Assembly (NCBI GenBank): GCA_963825525.1
Contig: CAWGTN010000001.1
Coordinates: 192,001-256,000, forward strand
DNA length: 64,000 bases
Direction: 5' to 3'
From: an uncultured Chloroflexia bacterium
Lineage (GTDB): Bacteria; Chloroflexota; Limnocylindria; QHBO01
A program made the position numbers and the translations under genes. Under the pieces are notes generated by a model. That model saw nothing but the letters and a program-made list of their open reading frames with translations, had not been told where the DNA came from and did not search any database. How positions within the stretch are numbered: the first letter of the stretch is position 1; every line of letters starts with the position of its first letter. This document shows, piece after piece, positions 49,749-58,810 of the stretch.

Positions 49749-51398
49749 ATGGAAGCTCCCGAGAGCTCGGTCAAGCGTCTGCGCACCGCCCTGCGCCAGG
49801 TGGCCGCGAACCGCCAGCTGCGGAAGGTCGAGGCGGGCTGGTTGATCGGCGTCGCCGCAGAGTGGGCCTACCTGGTGAGTCTCCTGGTCTACGCCTATGA
49901 CGTGGGAGGCGTTCTCGCCGTCGGCCTGGTGAGCACCCTGCGGATGTTGCCGGCCGCGATCCTCGCCCCTCTCATGACGTCGTTCACCGACCGGCTTCCG
50001 CGTGGACGGGTGCTGGTCGCCGTGCATGCCGGTCGCGGGGTCGCGGTGGCGTTGGCGGCGCTCGCCGTCGCTGCCGATCTGTCCGTGTTCGTCATCGCCG
50101 CCGCCGCCGTGGCGGAGGGCACGGTGGCGACCCTCCATCGACCCACCACGATGTCCCTGCTGCCGGCACTCGCGCGGTCGCCGGAGGAGCTGATCGCCAG
50201 CAACGCGGTGACGAGCACGGGAGAGGCGATCGGGCTGCTCATGGGTCCGGCGCTCGGCGGCGTGCTGCTGACGATCGGCGGCCCGTCGCTGGGCCTGGCG
50301 GCGCCGGCCCTGGCGTTCGCGGCGGCATCCGTCACGGTGATCACCGTTCACGCTCGATCCGCCGCGCCGATCGAGACGGCGCGCGCCTCGCGCTCGTCGC
50401 GGGTCCTGGCCGGATTCGTCGCCCTGCGCTCCTACCCGTCGGCCGGATCGCTTGTCGCCATCTTCATCAGCCAGACGTTCGTGCGCGGCATCCTGACCGT
50501 GCTGCTGGTGGCAGCGTCGGTCGAGCTGCTCGGGCTGGGACGCTCGGGGGTCGGATACCTCAGCTCGGCAATCGGGGCCGGCGGGTTCATCGGTGCCATG
50601 GTCGCCTTCGGCCTGGTCATGCGTCGGGATCTCGCGCTTCCCTTCAGCCTGAGCCTGGCGCTGTGGGGACTGCCGATCGCGTTCATCGGCCTGGTACCGG
50701 AGTCGATCCTGGCCTTCGCGTTCCTGGGCATCCTGGGCATGGCGAATGCGGTTCTCGATGTATCCGGCTTCACGCTGCTCCAGCGCTCGGTTCCCAACCA
50801 CCTCCGGGGGCGCGTGTTCGGCGCGTTGGAGGCACTGGTTGCGCTGAGCGTGGCCGCCGGCTCGTTGATCGCGCCGGTCGTGGTGTCGCTGGTCGAGCTC
50901 CAGCCGGCGATGGTGGGCACCGGACTCCTGCTTCCCTTGCTGGCGCTGGTCACGAACCGGGTGGTGCGGAAGGCCGATGCGGCAGCCGTGGTCCCGCATC
51001 GCGAGCTTGCGGTGCTGCGGAGCGTCCCGATGTTCTCCTCCCTGCCGCTCACGGCGATCGAGGGGCTGGCCGGTGGAATGGTCGCTGTGCACGTTGCCGC
51101 CGGCGTGCCGATCGTCCGCGAGGGCGAGACGGGCGACGATTATTTCGTGATCAGGACCGGCAGCGCCGAGGTGCTGCAGGGGGCACGTCGCATCTCCGTC
51201 ATGCGCGAGGGAGACGGGTTCGGCGAGATCGCGCTGCTGCGAGACGTGCCGCGCACGGCGACCGTGGTCGCGCTCGAGGAGGTGGACGCCTATCGTCTGC
51301 CGCGGGCCGTCTTTCTCGAGGCGGTGACCGGCAATGCGGCGAGCGCAGAGGTCGCGGATCGCGTGGTGCGCGAGCGGTTGGCGACGACTGCGCGGTGA
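49749..51398 (+). CDS. MFS transporter fused to C-terminal cyclic-nucleotide-binding domain
   Basis: About 12 TM, motif-A-like FTDRLPRGRV, PNHLRGRVFG; cNMP cassette IVREGETGD..FGEIALLRDVPRTATV; -10 TAGGCT 7 nt before ATG. Confidence 0.9.
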   Translation: MEAPESSVKRLRTALRQVAANRQLRKVEAGWLIGVAAEWAYLVSLLVYAYDVGGVLAVGLVSTLRMLPAAILAPLMTSFTDRLPRGRVLVAVHAGRGVAVALAALAVAADLSVFVIAAAAVAEGTVATLHRPTTMSLLPALARSPEELIASNAVTSTGEAIGLLMGPALGGVLLTIGGPSLGLAAPALAFAAASVTVITVHARSAAPIETARASRSSRVLAGFVALRSYPSAGSLVAIFISQTFVRGILTVLLVAASVELLGLGRSGVGYLSSAIGAGGFIGAMVAFGLVMRRDLALPFSLSLALWGLPIAFIGLVPESILAFAFLGILGMANAVLDVSGFTLLQRSVPNHLRGRVFGALEALVALSVAAGSLIAPVVVSLVELQPAMVGTGLLLPLLALVTNRVVRKADAAAVVPHRELAVLRSVPMFSSLPLTAIEGLAGGMVAVHVAAGVPIVREGETGDDYFVIRTGSAEVLQGARRISVMREGDGFGEIALLRDVPRTATVVALEEVDAYRLPRAVFLEAVTGNAASAEVADRVVRERLATTAR

Positions 51399-51485
51399 AC
51401 CCGCACGGGCGGAGCGAGCGTCGAGGTTCTAGACTTCCGTCCGGAATGCCGGCGCTTTGACCGGCCACAGGCGAGGTGTGATCCG

Positions 51486-52499
51486 TTGAGCTATGCCGTG
51501 ACCCTGATCCCCGGTGACGGGATCGGCCCAGAGCTGTCCCAGGCGACCCGGTCGGTCCTCGAGGCGACGGGGATCGAATTCGAATGGGACATCCAGGAGG
51601 CGGGCGAGGCCACCATCGCCAGCGAGGGGACGCCGCTCCCGAATCGTGTCATCGACTCGATCCGCGCCAATGGGGTGGCCATCAAGGGGCCGATCACCAC
51701 GCCCGTCGGATCCGGCTTCAGGTCGGTCAATGTCGGGCTGCGCCAGGCGCTGGAGCTGTACGCCAACGTCCGGCCGGCGCGGACGATGCAGGGCGTGGCG
51801 ACGCGCTACGAGGATGTCGATCTCATCATCGTGCGCGAGAACACCGAGGACCTGTACGCCGGGATCGAGCACCGCGTCGGGCCCGACGCTGCCGAGAGCA
51901 TCAAGATCATCACGCGGGCGGCATCCCAGCGCATCGCGCGCTACGCGTTCGACTACGCGGTCAAGAACGGGCGCCGCAAGGTGACGGCGGTCCACAAGGC
52001 CAACATCATGAAGCTGTCGGACGGCCTCTTCCTCGAGAGCTGCCAGCAGGTGGCGGCCGAGTACGACGGACGGATCGCGTTCGAGGACCGCATCGTCGAC
52101 AACATGTGCATGCAGCTGGTCCAGAAGCCGGAGCTGTACGACGTGCTCGTGCTGCCGAACCTGTACGGCGACATCGTGAGTGACCTTGCCGCCGGCCTGG
52201 TCGGTGGCCTCGGGGTCGCCCCTGGCGCGAACATCGGCGAGAAAGCCGCCGTGTTCGAGCCCGTTCACGGGTCGGCGCCGAAGTATGCCGGGCTGAACAA
52301 GGCGAACCCAACCGCCCTCATCCTGTCCGGCGCGCTCATGCTGCGCCACCTCGGCGAGATCGACGCGGCCGACGCGGTCGAGCGCGCAACGCGGGGGGTG
52401 ATCGCGGCCGGTGAGACGGTCACCTACGACCTGGGCGGGTCGGCCGGGACGAGCGAGTTCGGCGAGGCCGTTGCCGCACAGGTGCGCGCCGCCGCCTGA
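51486..52499 (+). CDS. icd: Isocitrate dehydrogenase (IDH/IPMDH family), probably NADP-dependent
   Basis: [50 protein letters not shown] (KY as in NADP-specific IDH); TCA context. Confidence 0.85.
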   Translation: MSYAVTLIPGDGIGPELSQATRSVLEATGIEFEWDIQEAGEATIASEGTPLPNRVIDSIRANGVAIKGPITTPVGSGFRSVNVGLRQALELYANVRPARTMQGVATRYEDVDLIIVRENTEDLYAGIEHRVGPDAAESIKIITRAASQRIARYAFDYAVKNGRRKVTAVHKANIMKLSDGLFLESCQQVAAEYDGRIAFEDRIVDNMCMQLVQKPELYDVLVLPNLYGDIVSDLAAGLVGGLGVAPGANIGEKAAVFEPVHGSAPKYAGLNKANPTALILSGALMLRHLGEIDAADAVERATRGVIAAGETVTYDLGGSAGTSEFGEAVAAQVRAAA

Positions 52500-52581
52500 G
52501 GGCCGGCACACGCGATAGAATCGGGAGGCCGCAAGTTCGCACCGCCCGGCGGGCCGGTGCCCGTGGAGAGGTGAATCGCGC

Positions 52582-52953
52582 TTGATCAACCTGTTCGGCT
52601 ATCGCGTCTCGTGGGCGCAGCTCGCGTGGTTCGGCCACCGCGCGAGCGGTCTCGGCGTGCTGCTGTTCCTCTTCCTGCACATCGTCGAAACCTCCACGGT
52701 GCTCCTCGGCCCGGAGGTCTACGACTTCACGCAGACCTTCTATCAGAACCTCCCGGCCAAGCTCGGGGAGGTGCTGCTGATGGCGGCGCTCATCTACCAC
52801 TCGCTCAATGGCCTGCGCGTCATCGCCATGGACTTCTGGCCGTCGCTGACCGTGTACTACCGCCCGCTCACCTACGGGGTGATCGCGGCCACCGTGGTGA
52901 GCATGATTCCGCTCGGCCTGATCATGACTCGCGGGTATCTGCCGTGGGGATGA
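52582..52953 (+). CDS. sdhC: Succinate dehydrogenase cytochrome b subunit
   Basis: HRASGL..FLFLHI, YHSLNGLRVIAMD; 3 TM. Confidence 0.92.
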   Translation: MINLFGYRVSWAQLAWFGHRASGLGVLLFLFLHIVETSTVLLGPEVYDFTQTFYQNLPAKLGEVLLMAALIYHSLNGLRVIAMDFWPSLTVYYRPLTYGVIAATVVSMIPLGLIMTRGYLPWG

Positions 52954-52957
52954 GCCG

Positions 52958-53407
52958 ATGACCACCTCCGTGCGGCGGCCCCGCGTCATCTACACCAACC
53001 CCAGCCGGGCCGCGCTGCCGAAGCCCGAGGCATCAGGGCGCGAGCGGTTCTGGTGGTACTTCATGCGGTTCTCGGGCCTGGCGCTCGTCATCCTGGCCCT
53101 CGGGCACATGTTCATCATGCATGTGCTGGTCGTTCTGACCGGTGACGAGATCAACTTCGCGTTTGTCCAGAGCCGATGGGGGAGTCCCTTCTGGCGGATC
53201 TACGACTTCGCGCTCCTTGTGCTCGCGTTCCTGCACGGGGTGAACGGGGCCAGGGTCGTCGTCCGCGACTACATCAAGCACGGAATGGCGCGCAGCCTCG
53301 TCCTGGGCACCCTGCTCGTGATCAGCGGGATCTGGCTGATCCTCGGCATGGCGATCATCCTCTTGTTCGACCCGAGCGCCCAGTCCGTGGCCGGGCCGCT
53401 GTCGTGA
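52958..53407 (+). CDS. sdhD: Succinate dehydrogenase membrane anchor subunit
   Basis: WYFMRFSGL..LGHM, FLHGVNGARVVVRDY. Confidence 0.92.
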   Translation: MTTSVRRPRVIYTNPSRAALPKPEASGRERFWWYFMRFSGLALVILALGHMFIMHVLVVLTGDEINFAFVQSRWGSPFWRIYDFALLVLAFLHGVNGARVVVRDYIKHGMARSLVLGTLLVISGIWLILGMAIILLFDPSAQSVAGPLS

Positions 53408-55191
53408 CCCTTGCCACGGGTCGGCCGGTGATCCCACCCACCCGCGTCCACGAGATGGACGCGGTCGTTGTCGGCGCGGGCGGCGCAGGCCTGTACGCCG
53501 CGCTCGAGCTCAAGCAGGAGCTCGGGCCGGAGGCCCGCATCGGCGTCATCAGCAAGCTGTATCCCTCCCGTTCGCACACCGGGGCGGCCCAGGGCGGCGT
53601 GTGTGCCGCGCTCGGCAACACCGAGGAGGACCACTGGGAGTGGCACTGGTTCGACACCGTCAAGGGCGGTGACTATCTCGTGGACCAGGATGCGGCCGAG
53701 GTCATGTGCCACGACGCCGTCGAGACGATCATCAACCTCGAGCATCTCGGACTGCCGTTCGACCGCACCGAGGATGGGCTCATCAACCAGCGCCGCTTCG
53801 GTGGCCACACGCGGAACTACGGCGAGGGGCCCGTGCGGCGCAGCTGCTTCGCGGCCGATCGCACCGGGCACGCCATCCTCCAGACGCTGTTCCAGCAGTG
53901 CATCAAGCACGACGTCGCCTTCTTCGACGAGTACCAGGTCCTGGACCTGGCACTGCCGGACGGCCCGACGGGTCCGGTGAGCGGCGTCATCGCGCTCCAG
54001 ACCTCGACCAGCGAGCTCCATGCCTTCCGCGCCCGGGCGGTGCTGTTCGCGACCGGCGGCTACGGGAAGGTGTTCAAGGTCACGAGCAACGCCCACACCC
54101 TGACCGGCGACGGCATGGCCATCCCGTACCGGCGCGGCCTGCCGCTCGAGGACATGGAGTTCTTCCAGTTCCACCCGACCGGCATGTACAAGCTCGGCTT
54201 CCTGCTGTCCGAGGCGATGCGAGGCGAGGGCGGCTTCCTCGTCAACGACGGCGGCGAGCGATTCATGGAGCGCTATGCGCCGACGATGAAGGATCTCGCC
54301 TCCCGCGACGTCGTCAGTCGCAGCATCTACCTCGAGATCGCCGAGGGACGCGGGATCGGCGGCAAGGACTTCGTGCATCTCGACGTGCGCCACCTGGGCG
54401 CCGATGTCCTGAACAAGAAGCTTCCCGACATGAGTGGCTTCATCCGGACCTACTTTGGTCTCGAGCCCCTGACGGACCTCGTGCCGATCCAGCCGACCGC
54501 CCACTACGCGATGGGCGGCGTGCCCACCGACATCGACGGCCGGGTCAGGGCCGACGAGGCCGGGCGCATCGTGCCGGGGTTCTACGCTGCCGGCGAGGTC
54601 GCCTGCGTGAGCGTGCATGGCGCGAATCGGCTCGGCACGAACTCCCTGCTCGACATCCTGGTCTTCGGTCGTCGTGCCGGGAAGAAGATGGCGGCCGAGC
54701 TCGCCAACCTCCCGGACCCCGTGCCCGATCACGCGGCGGAGGCGGCCGTCCAGTCCCGAATCTCGGAGCTGCTTGGTCGTGACGACGGCGAGCGGCCCGC
54801 CGTCATTCGGGATGAGCTGCAGCAGGTGATGTTCGCGAAGTGCGGCGTCTATCGCACCGACCAGCTCCTGACCGAGTGCCGCGACGAGGTGGCTGCCCTG
54901 CGCGAGCGTTCGAGCAGGCTGGTGGTGGATGACAAGGGCCACCGATACAACACCGACCTCGGCGAGGCGCTCGAGCTCGGCTTCCTGCTCGACTGCGCCG
55001 AGGCGACGGTGGCATCGGCACTCGCGCGCCGAGAGTCACGCGGGGGCCACGCGCGGGAGGACTACCCCGACCGGGACGACGTCGATTGGCTCAAGCACTC
55101 GTTCGCCATGCGACGGCCGGGCGGCGAGACCGAGCTCCGCTATCGGCCGGTGACGATCACGAAGTTCGAACCGAAGCCGCGGGTGTATTGA
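53404..55191 (+). CDS. sdhA: Succinate dehydrogenase flavoprotein subunit
   Basis: GAGGAG, RSHTGAAQGG, QFHPT, HYAMGG, HGANRLGTNSL, RESRGGH; start 53404 or 53428. Confidence 0.97.
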   Translation: MTLATGRPVIPPTRVHEMDAVVVGAGGAGLYAALELKQELGPEARIGVISKLYPSRSHTGAAQGGVCAALGNTEEDHWEWHWFDTVKGGDYLVDQDAAEVMCHDAVETIINLEHLGLPFDRTEDGLINQRRFGGHTRNYGEGPVRRSCFAADRTGHAILQTLFQQCIKHDVAFFDEYQVLDLALPDGPTGPVSGVIALQTSTSELHAFRARAVLFATGGYGKVFKVTSNAHTLTGDGMAIPYRRGLPLEDMEFFQFHPTGMYKLGFLLSEAMRGEGGFLVNDGGERFMERYAPTMKDLASRDVVSRSIYLEIAEGRGIGGKDFVHLDVRHLGADVLNKKLPDMSGFIRTYFGLEPLTDLVPIQPTAHYAMGGVPTDIDGRVRADEAGRIVPGFYAAGEVACVSVHGANRLGTNSLLDILVFGRRAGKKMAAELANLPDPVPDHAAEAAVQSRISELLGRDDGERPAVIRDELQQVMFAKCGVYRTDQLLTECRDEVAALRERSSRLVVDDKGHRYNTDLGEALELGFLLDCAEATVASALARRESRGGHAREDYPDRDDVDWLKHSFAMRRPGGETELRYRPVTITKFEPKPRVY

Positions 55192-55901
55192 TGCCGATGG
55201 ACGTCCAGCTGCGCATTCGCCGCTACAACCCGGAGTCCGACGACGAGCCTCACTGGGAGGAGTACGCGGTGCAGGCCGAGCCCACGGATCGTGTGCTCGA
55301 CCTCCTGCACCAGGTGAAGTGGTACCAGGATGGAACGCTGACCTTCCGGCGATCCTGTGCCCACGGCGTGTGCGGCTCGGACGCCATGCTGATCAACGGC
55401 CAGAACCGGCTTGCCTGCGAGTACCTCGTCAAGGACGCCGGGACCGAGATCACGGTCGAGGCCATGCGCGGCATGACGATCATGAAGGACCTGCTCGTCG
55501 ACATGGAGCCGTTCTGGGAGTCGTACAAGCAGGTCAAGCCCTACCTGGTGAACGACGAGATCCCGGCCGACGGCAAGGAGCGGCGCCAGTCCCAGGCGGA
55601 TCGGGACCGATACGAGGACACGAGCCGCTGCATCCTGTGCGCGGCATGCACCACCAGCTGCCCCGTGTTCTGGGCCGACCAGGCGTACGTCGGGCCCGCG
55701 GCGATCGTGAACGCGCATCGGTTCATCGTCGACTCGCGGGACGAGGCCAAGCAGGAGCGCCTCGAGATCATGGCCGACCCCGATGGTGTGTGGCGCTGCC
55801 GGACAACCTTCAACTGCGTCGAGGCCTGTCCGCGCGGCATCAAGATCACGAGGGCCATCCTCGAGGTCACGCAGGAGATCGGCAAGGCCGGGATCCGTTG
55901 A
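55191..55901 (+). CDS. sdhB: Succinate dehydrogenase iron-sulfur subunit
   Basis: RRSCAHGVCGSD..NRLAC, CILCAACTTSCP, CRTTFNCVEACP; start 55188-55197. Confidence 0.97.
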   Translation: MPMDVQLRIRRYNPESDDEPHWEEYAVQAEPTDRVLDLLHQVKWYQDGTLTFRRSCAHGVCGSDAMLINGQNRLACEYLVKDAGTEITVEAMRGMTIMKDLLVDMEPFWESYKQVKPYLVNDEIPADGKERRQSQADRDRYEDTSRCILCAACTTSCPVFWADQAYVGPAAIVNAHRFIVDSRDEAKQERLEIMADPDGVWRCRTTFNCVEACPRGIKITRAILEVTQEIGKAGIR

Positions 55902-56332
55902 GGCTGCTGATCTACACGGACGGTGCGGCCCGAGGCAACCCCGGGCCTGCGGGAGCGGGAGCGATCCTGCGGGACGCCGAAGGTCGAACCCTGGCTGAGA
56001 TCGCCGAGCCGCTCGGCCATGCCACGAACAACGTGGCGGAGTGGACCGCCGTCCGGCTGGCCCTCGAGGAGGCCAGGCGGCTGGGCGCCACCCATGTCGA
56101 CATGCGGATGGACTCCGAGCTCGTCGCACGACAGATCACCGGGATCTACCGGGTCAAGCATCCGGATCTCAAGCCGATCCACGCCGCGGTCATGGAGCTG
56201 CTGCGCGGGTTCGAGGGCTACACGGTCGGGCATGTCCCGCGTGAGCTCAACAAGGATGCCGACCGGCTCAGCAACGTCGCGATTGATGGGGATACCGTCC
56301 GAGAGTCCCGAACCCGCCCGACGCCGCGCTAG
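55898..56332 (+). CDS. rnhA: Ribonuclease HI (archaeal-like type)
   Basis: YTDGAARGNPGPAG, TNNVAEW, DSELVARQ..G.YRVK, HVPRELNKDADRLSN; TTGA overlap. Confidence 0.93.
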   Translation: MRLLIYTDGAARGNPGPAGAGAILRDAEGRTLAEIAEPLGHATNNVAEWTAVRLALEEARRLGATHVDMRMDSELVARQITGIYRVKHPDLKPIHAAVMELLRGFEGYTVGHVPRELNKDADRLSNVAIDGDTVRESRTRPTPR

Positions 56333-56370
56333 ACCTTCGGAGCTCGCGATGGAGTCGGGTACACTCAGCC

Positions 56371-56704
56371 TCCCTGGAGGCGGCTGGACGGTCGCGGACG
56401 CATCGGTCGAAAGGCCGCGTTCGAGGAAAGTCCGAGCTCCTCAGAGCAGGCTAGCGGGTAACACCCGTCCGCCGTGAGGCGAGGACCAGCGCCACAGTGA
56501 CGATGCCCATCGGTTCGCCGGTGGGAGTGAAACGGGCAAGCTCTAGCCGGAGCAAGACCGAATAGGGGAGCGCAACTCGACCTTCGGGCCGAAGCAGGTT
56601 GCTCGCTCAGCTCCCGGGTAGGTCGCAGAGATGGATGGCCGTCCATGAGCCCGATGCGAATCGGTCTCGGGACAGAACTCGGCTTACAGGCCGCTCTCCA
56701 GGGA
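56371..56704 (+). ncRNA. rnpB: RNase P RNA (lacking P13/P14 and P18)
   Basis: P4 strands GAGGAAAGTCCGAGC and ACAGAACTCGGCTTA; GCCACAG and GTGAAACGG; terminal P1 TCCCTGGAG..CTCCAGGGA; -10 TACACT 56360. Confidence 0.96.
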
Positions 56705-56941
56705 TCAGTCCTCGTCCTCGCGCCAGACCGACCGCGCCGTGCATGCGTTGCAGATGAGCCGCGCCTCGTCCATGCTGCCGAGCGGGAGCGGGTGTTCCAT
56801 GCCGCCGAGCAGGCAGTCGACCTGGACACTGGCAGGCTCCGTCGGAAGGATGCTGACGTGCCGAACCGAGCAGCGGCGGATCTTGCCCGCGCGTGCGGTC
56901 GTCGGGCGCTCTGGGCTCCCCTCGATCGGGTTCAGCGCCAT
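56705..56941 (-). CDS. Small Cys-rich hypothetical protein (78 aa)
   Basis: GGAG/GAGG SD; IRRC...VDC...ICNACTA; acidic end WREDED; own -10 TAGGCT upstream. Confidence 0.7.
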   Translation of the reverse strand: MALNPIEGSPERPTTARAGKIRRCSVRHVSILPTEPASVQVDCLLGGMEHPLPLGSMDEARLICNACTARSVWREDED

Positions 56942-57135
56942 GGGTTCGCCTCTGCTCCGGGTGGTCCATGCGGGGTTTGGAGCACTCAGCCTATCGCCGG
57001 GTGCATTCAGGCAACAATGGGGCGTTCGTACCATCCGCCCGCAGGCGACCGGCGCGTCGCGCCCAGGTGCGGGGTCACGCTAGACTCACGCGGTCGCGCA
57101 TCGAACGCGCGGACGTGCACTGACGAGGAGATACG

Positions 57136-58065
57136 TTGTTCGGACGTCGCAAGCGCGAGGAGGCAGAGGCCGCCGAGGTCCAACGCGAGGAAGAGCGTCG
57201 TGCGCTGTTCGCCAGGCTGGCCGAGCGACCCGAGCAGATCTGCCCATTCCTGGGCCTGGCCGACGACCGGACCGGATTCGTCGACGGCGTCAGCGCCGAT
57301 CACCGCTGCTTTGCGTTCGGTGATCCGGCCGTCATCTCCGCCGAGCAGCAGACGCAGGTCTGCCAGGAGCGCGGCTACGGCAACTGCCCGCGCTACCTTC
57401 GCGGTGTCCTCGTCATCCCCACCGAAGAGCTCGAGGCGCTGCGTCGGCCCCGTCCGGCTGCAGCGGCGGGCGCGGCCGCCGTGCCACCCGCGTCTGCAGC
57501 CTCGGCTCGTCGACGGGCGCCGATCCTCATCCTGCTTCTTCTCCTGCTGGTCGGCGGCGGAGCGGGGGCCGCATACCTGGTGTTCGGCGGCGGCCTCGGT
57601 CCGGTGGCCAACGAGACCCCGACGCCCTCGGTGACGCCGCAGGCTACCGCGTCACCGGTCCCGTCGGCCTCCGCCTCGGTGATCGAGACGGCCAGCCCGT
57701 CGTCGCTCGCCAGCCCCACGCCGGAGCCGACCCCGGAGACCGGGGACTCGTTCGCGTTCTACGAGGTCTCGGTGAGTCCCGACACGTACACGCTCTACGA
57801 ATTCGACGACGGGAACGTCCTGGGCACCCGGACCGTCGCTTTCGACCAGTTCTCGTTCGCACAGGTCGAGCCGAGCCTCGGGGACGACGGCGACGTGTAC
57901 TGGATCACCCGTGACGGCGATCTCAGCGGGTTCGCCTACCGTTCGCCGTCGTCCGGCGACTTCCGGATCCGGTCTGTCTTTCTGAACGACGCGGGTGATC
58001 GTCGATCGGCATTCCTCGAGCCCGAGCAGCTGGAGCGGATGCCGGAGGCCACGCCCTCCCCCTGA
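57136..58065 (+). CDS. Hypothetical bitopic membrane protein with N-terminal Cys/His cluster, Pro/Thr/Ser linker and beta-rich outer domain
   Basis: GAGGAG SD, TTG start; CPFLGL..DHRC...VC...NCPRY; TM ILILLLLLLVGGGAGAAYLVF. Confidence 0.8.
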   Translation: MFGRRKREEAEAAEVQREEERRALFARLAERPEQICPFLGLADDRTGFVDGVSADHRCFAFGDPAVISAEQQTQVCQERGYGNCPRYLRGVLVIPTEELEALRRPRPAAAAGAAAVPPASAASARRRAPILILLLLLLVGGGAGAAYLVFGGGLGPVANETPTPSVTPQATASPVPSASASVIETASPSSLASPTPEPTPETGDSFAFYEVSVSPDTYTLYEFDDGNVLGTRTVAFDQFSFAQVEPSLGDDGDVYWITRDGDLSGFAYRSPSSGDFRIRSVFLNDAGDRRSAFLEPEQLERMPEATPSP

Positions 58066-58095
58066 TCCGGCGTCTCGCCCTGCTCACTGGCATGG

Positions 58096-58121
58096 AACGC
58101 CGGCCCTGGGGCCGGCGTTTT
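58096..58121 (+). terminator. Intrinsic terminator
   Basis: AACGCCGGCC-CTGG-GGCCGGCGTT followed by TT. Confidence 0.7.
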
Positions 58122-58205
58122 CGCGTGCCCCGGGCTGGTACGGACGGCTGAGGGTCGCCGACCCAAGGTCCCCCTCATTCGGGCCGATGCAGTGCGGAAA
58201 ACCCC

Positions 58206-58275
58206 TTGACGGGTGACGGACGGCCTGTATAGTGGCGCCCTGTGGTTCCAAATGGGGCCATATGGGGAGTAATGG
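58206..58275 (+). promoter_or_regulatory. dcw promoter with MraZ-binding repeats
   Basis: TTGACG-N16-TATAGT (58206-58233); TGG cores at 58233, 58243, 58253, 58263 and 58273 (10-bp period). Confidence 0.8.
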
Positions 58276-58290
58276 TGAACGACAGGCAGG

Positions 58291-58740
58291 ATGGAGCGGG
58301 TGTCATTCCTCACCGGGGAGTTCCGGCACGCTCTGGACGATCGGGGACGCGTTGCGGTCCCGGTCCGCTTCCGAGCGCGCCTGGCCCAGGGTGCGACGCT
58401 CGCTCGCTGGCTGGACGGATGCCTGGCGATCTTCCCCGCGGAAACGTGGGAGGAGCTGGCGGCCAAGATCCAGAGCCTGCCGACGACAAACGCGGCGGCC
58501 CGACAGTTCGGCCGCTTCATGAGCTCGGGTGCGGTCGAGGTCGAACTCGATCGCCAGGGACGAGTCCTGGTCCCGAGCTATCTGCGCGAGTACGCCGGCC
58601 TGACCAACAGCGAGGTGGTCGTGGTCGGTGCGCTGAACCGGCTCGAGGTCTGGGCACCGACGCGGTGGCAACCGTATCGGTCCCAGATCGAGGACGAGCC
58701 GGAGGCGCTCGCCGAACACCTCGCCGACCTGGGCATCTGA
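58291..58740 (+). CDS. mraZ: Division/cell wall cluster transcriptional repressor MraZ
   Basis: LDDRGRVAVP, LDGCLAIF, LDRQGRVLVP, VVVGALNRLEVW. Confidence 0.96.
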   Translation: MERVSFLTGEFRHALDDRGRVAVPVRFRARLAQGATLARWLDGCLAIFPAETWEELAAKIQSLPTTNAAARQFGRFMSSGAVEVELDRQGRVLVPSYLREYAGLTNSEVVVVGALNRLEVWAPTRWQPYRSQIEDEPEALAEHLADLGI

Positions 58741-58810
58741 CGGTGCCTCGGCCATTCATGCGTCTCCGGGCCGGTCGGCCCGCCGTCCGACAGATGAGGT
58801 GCAACACCAC

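Noticed and set aside
56365-57634. ORFs overlapping rnpB (154 aa minus, 329 aa plus)
   Set aside because: The region is explained by RNase P RNA and two better-supported genes
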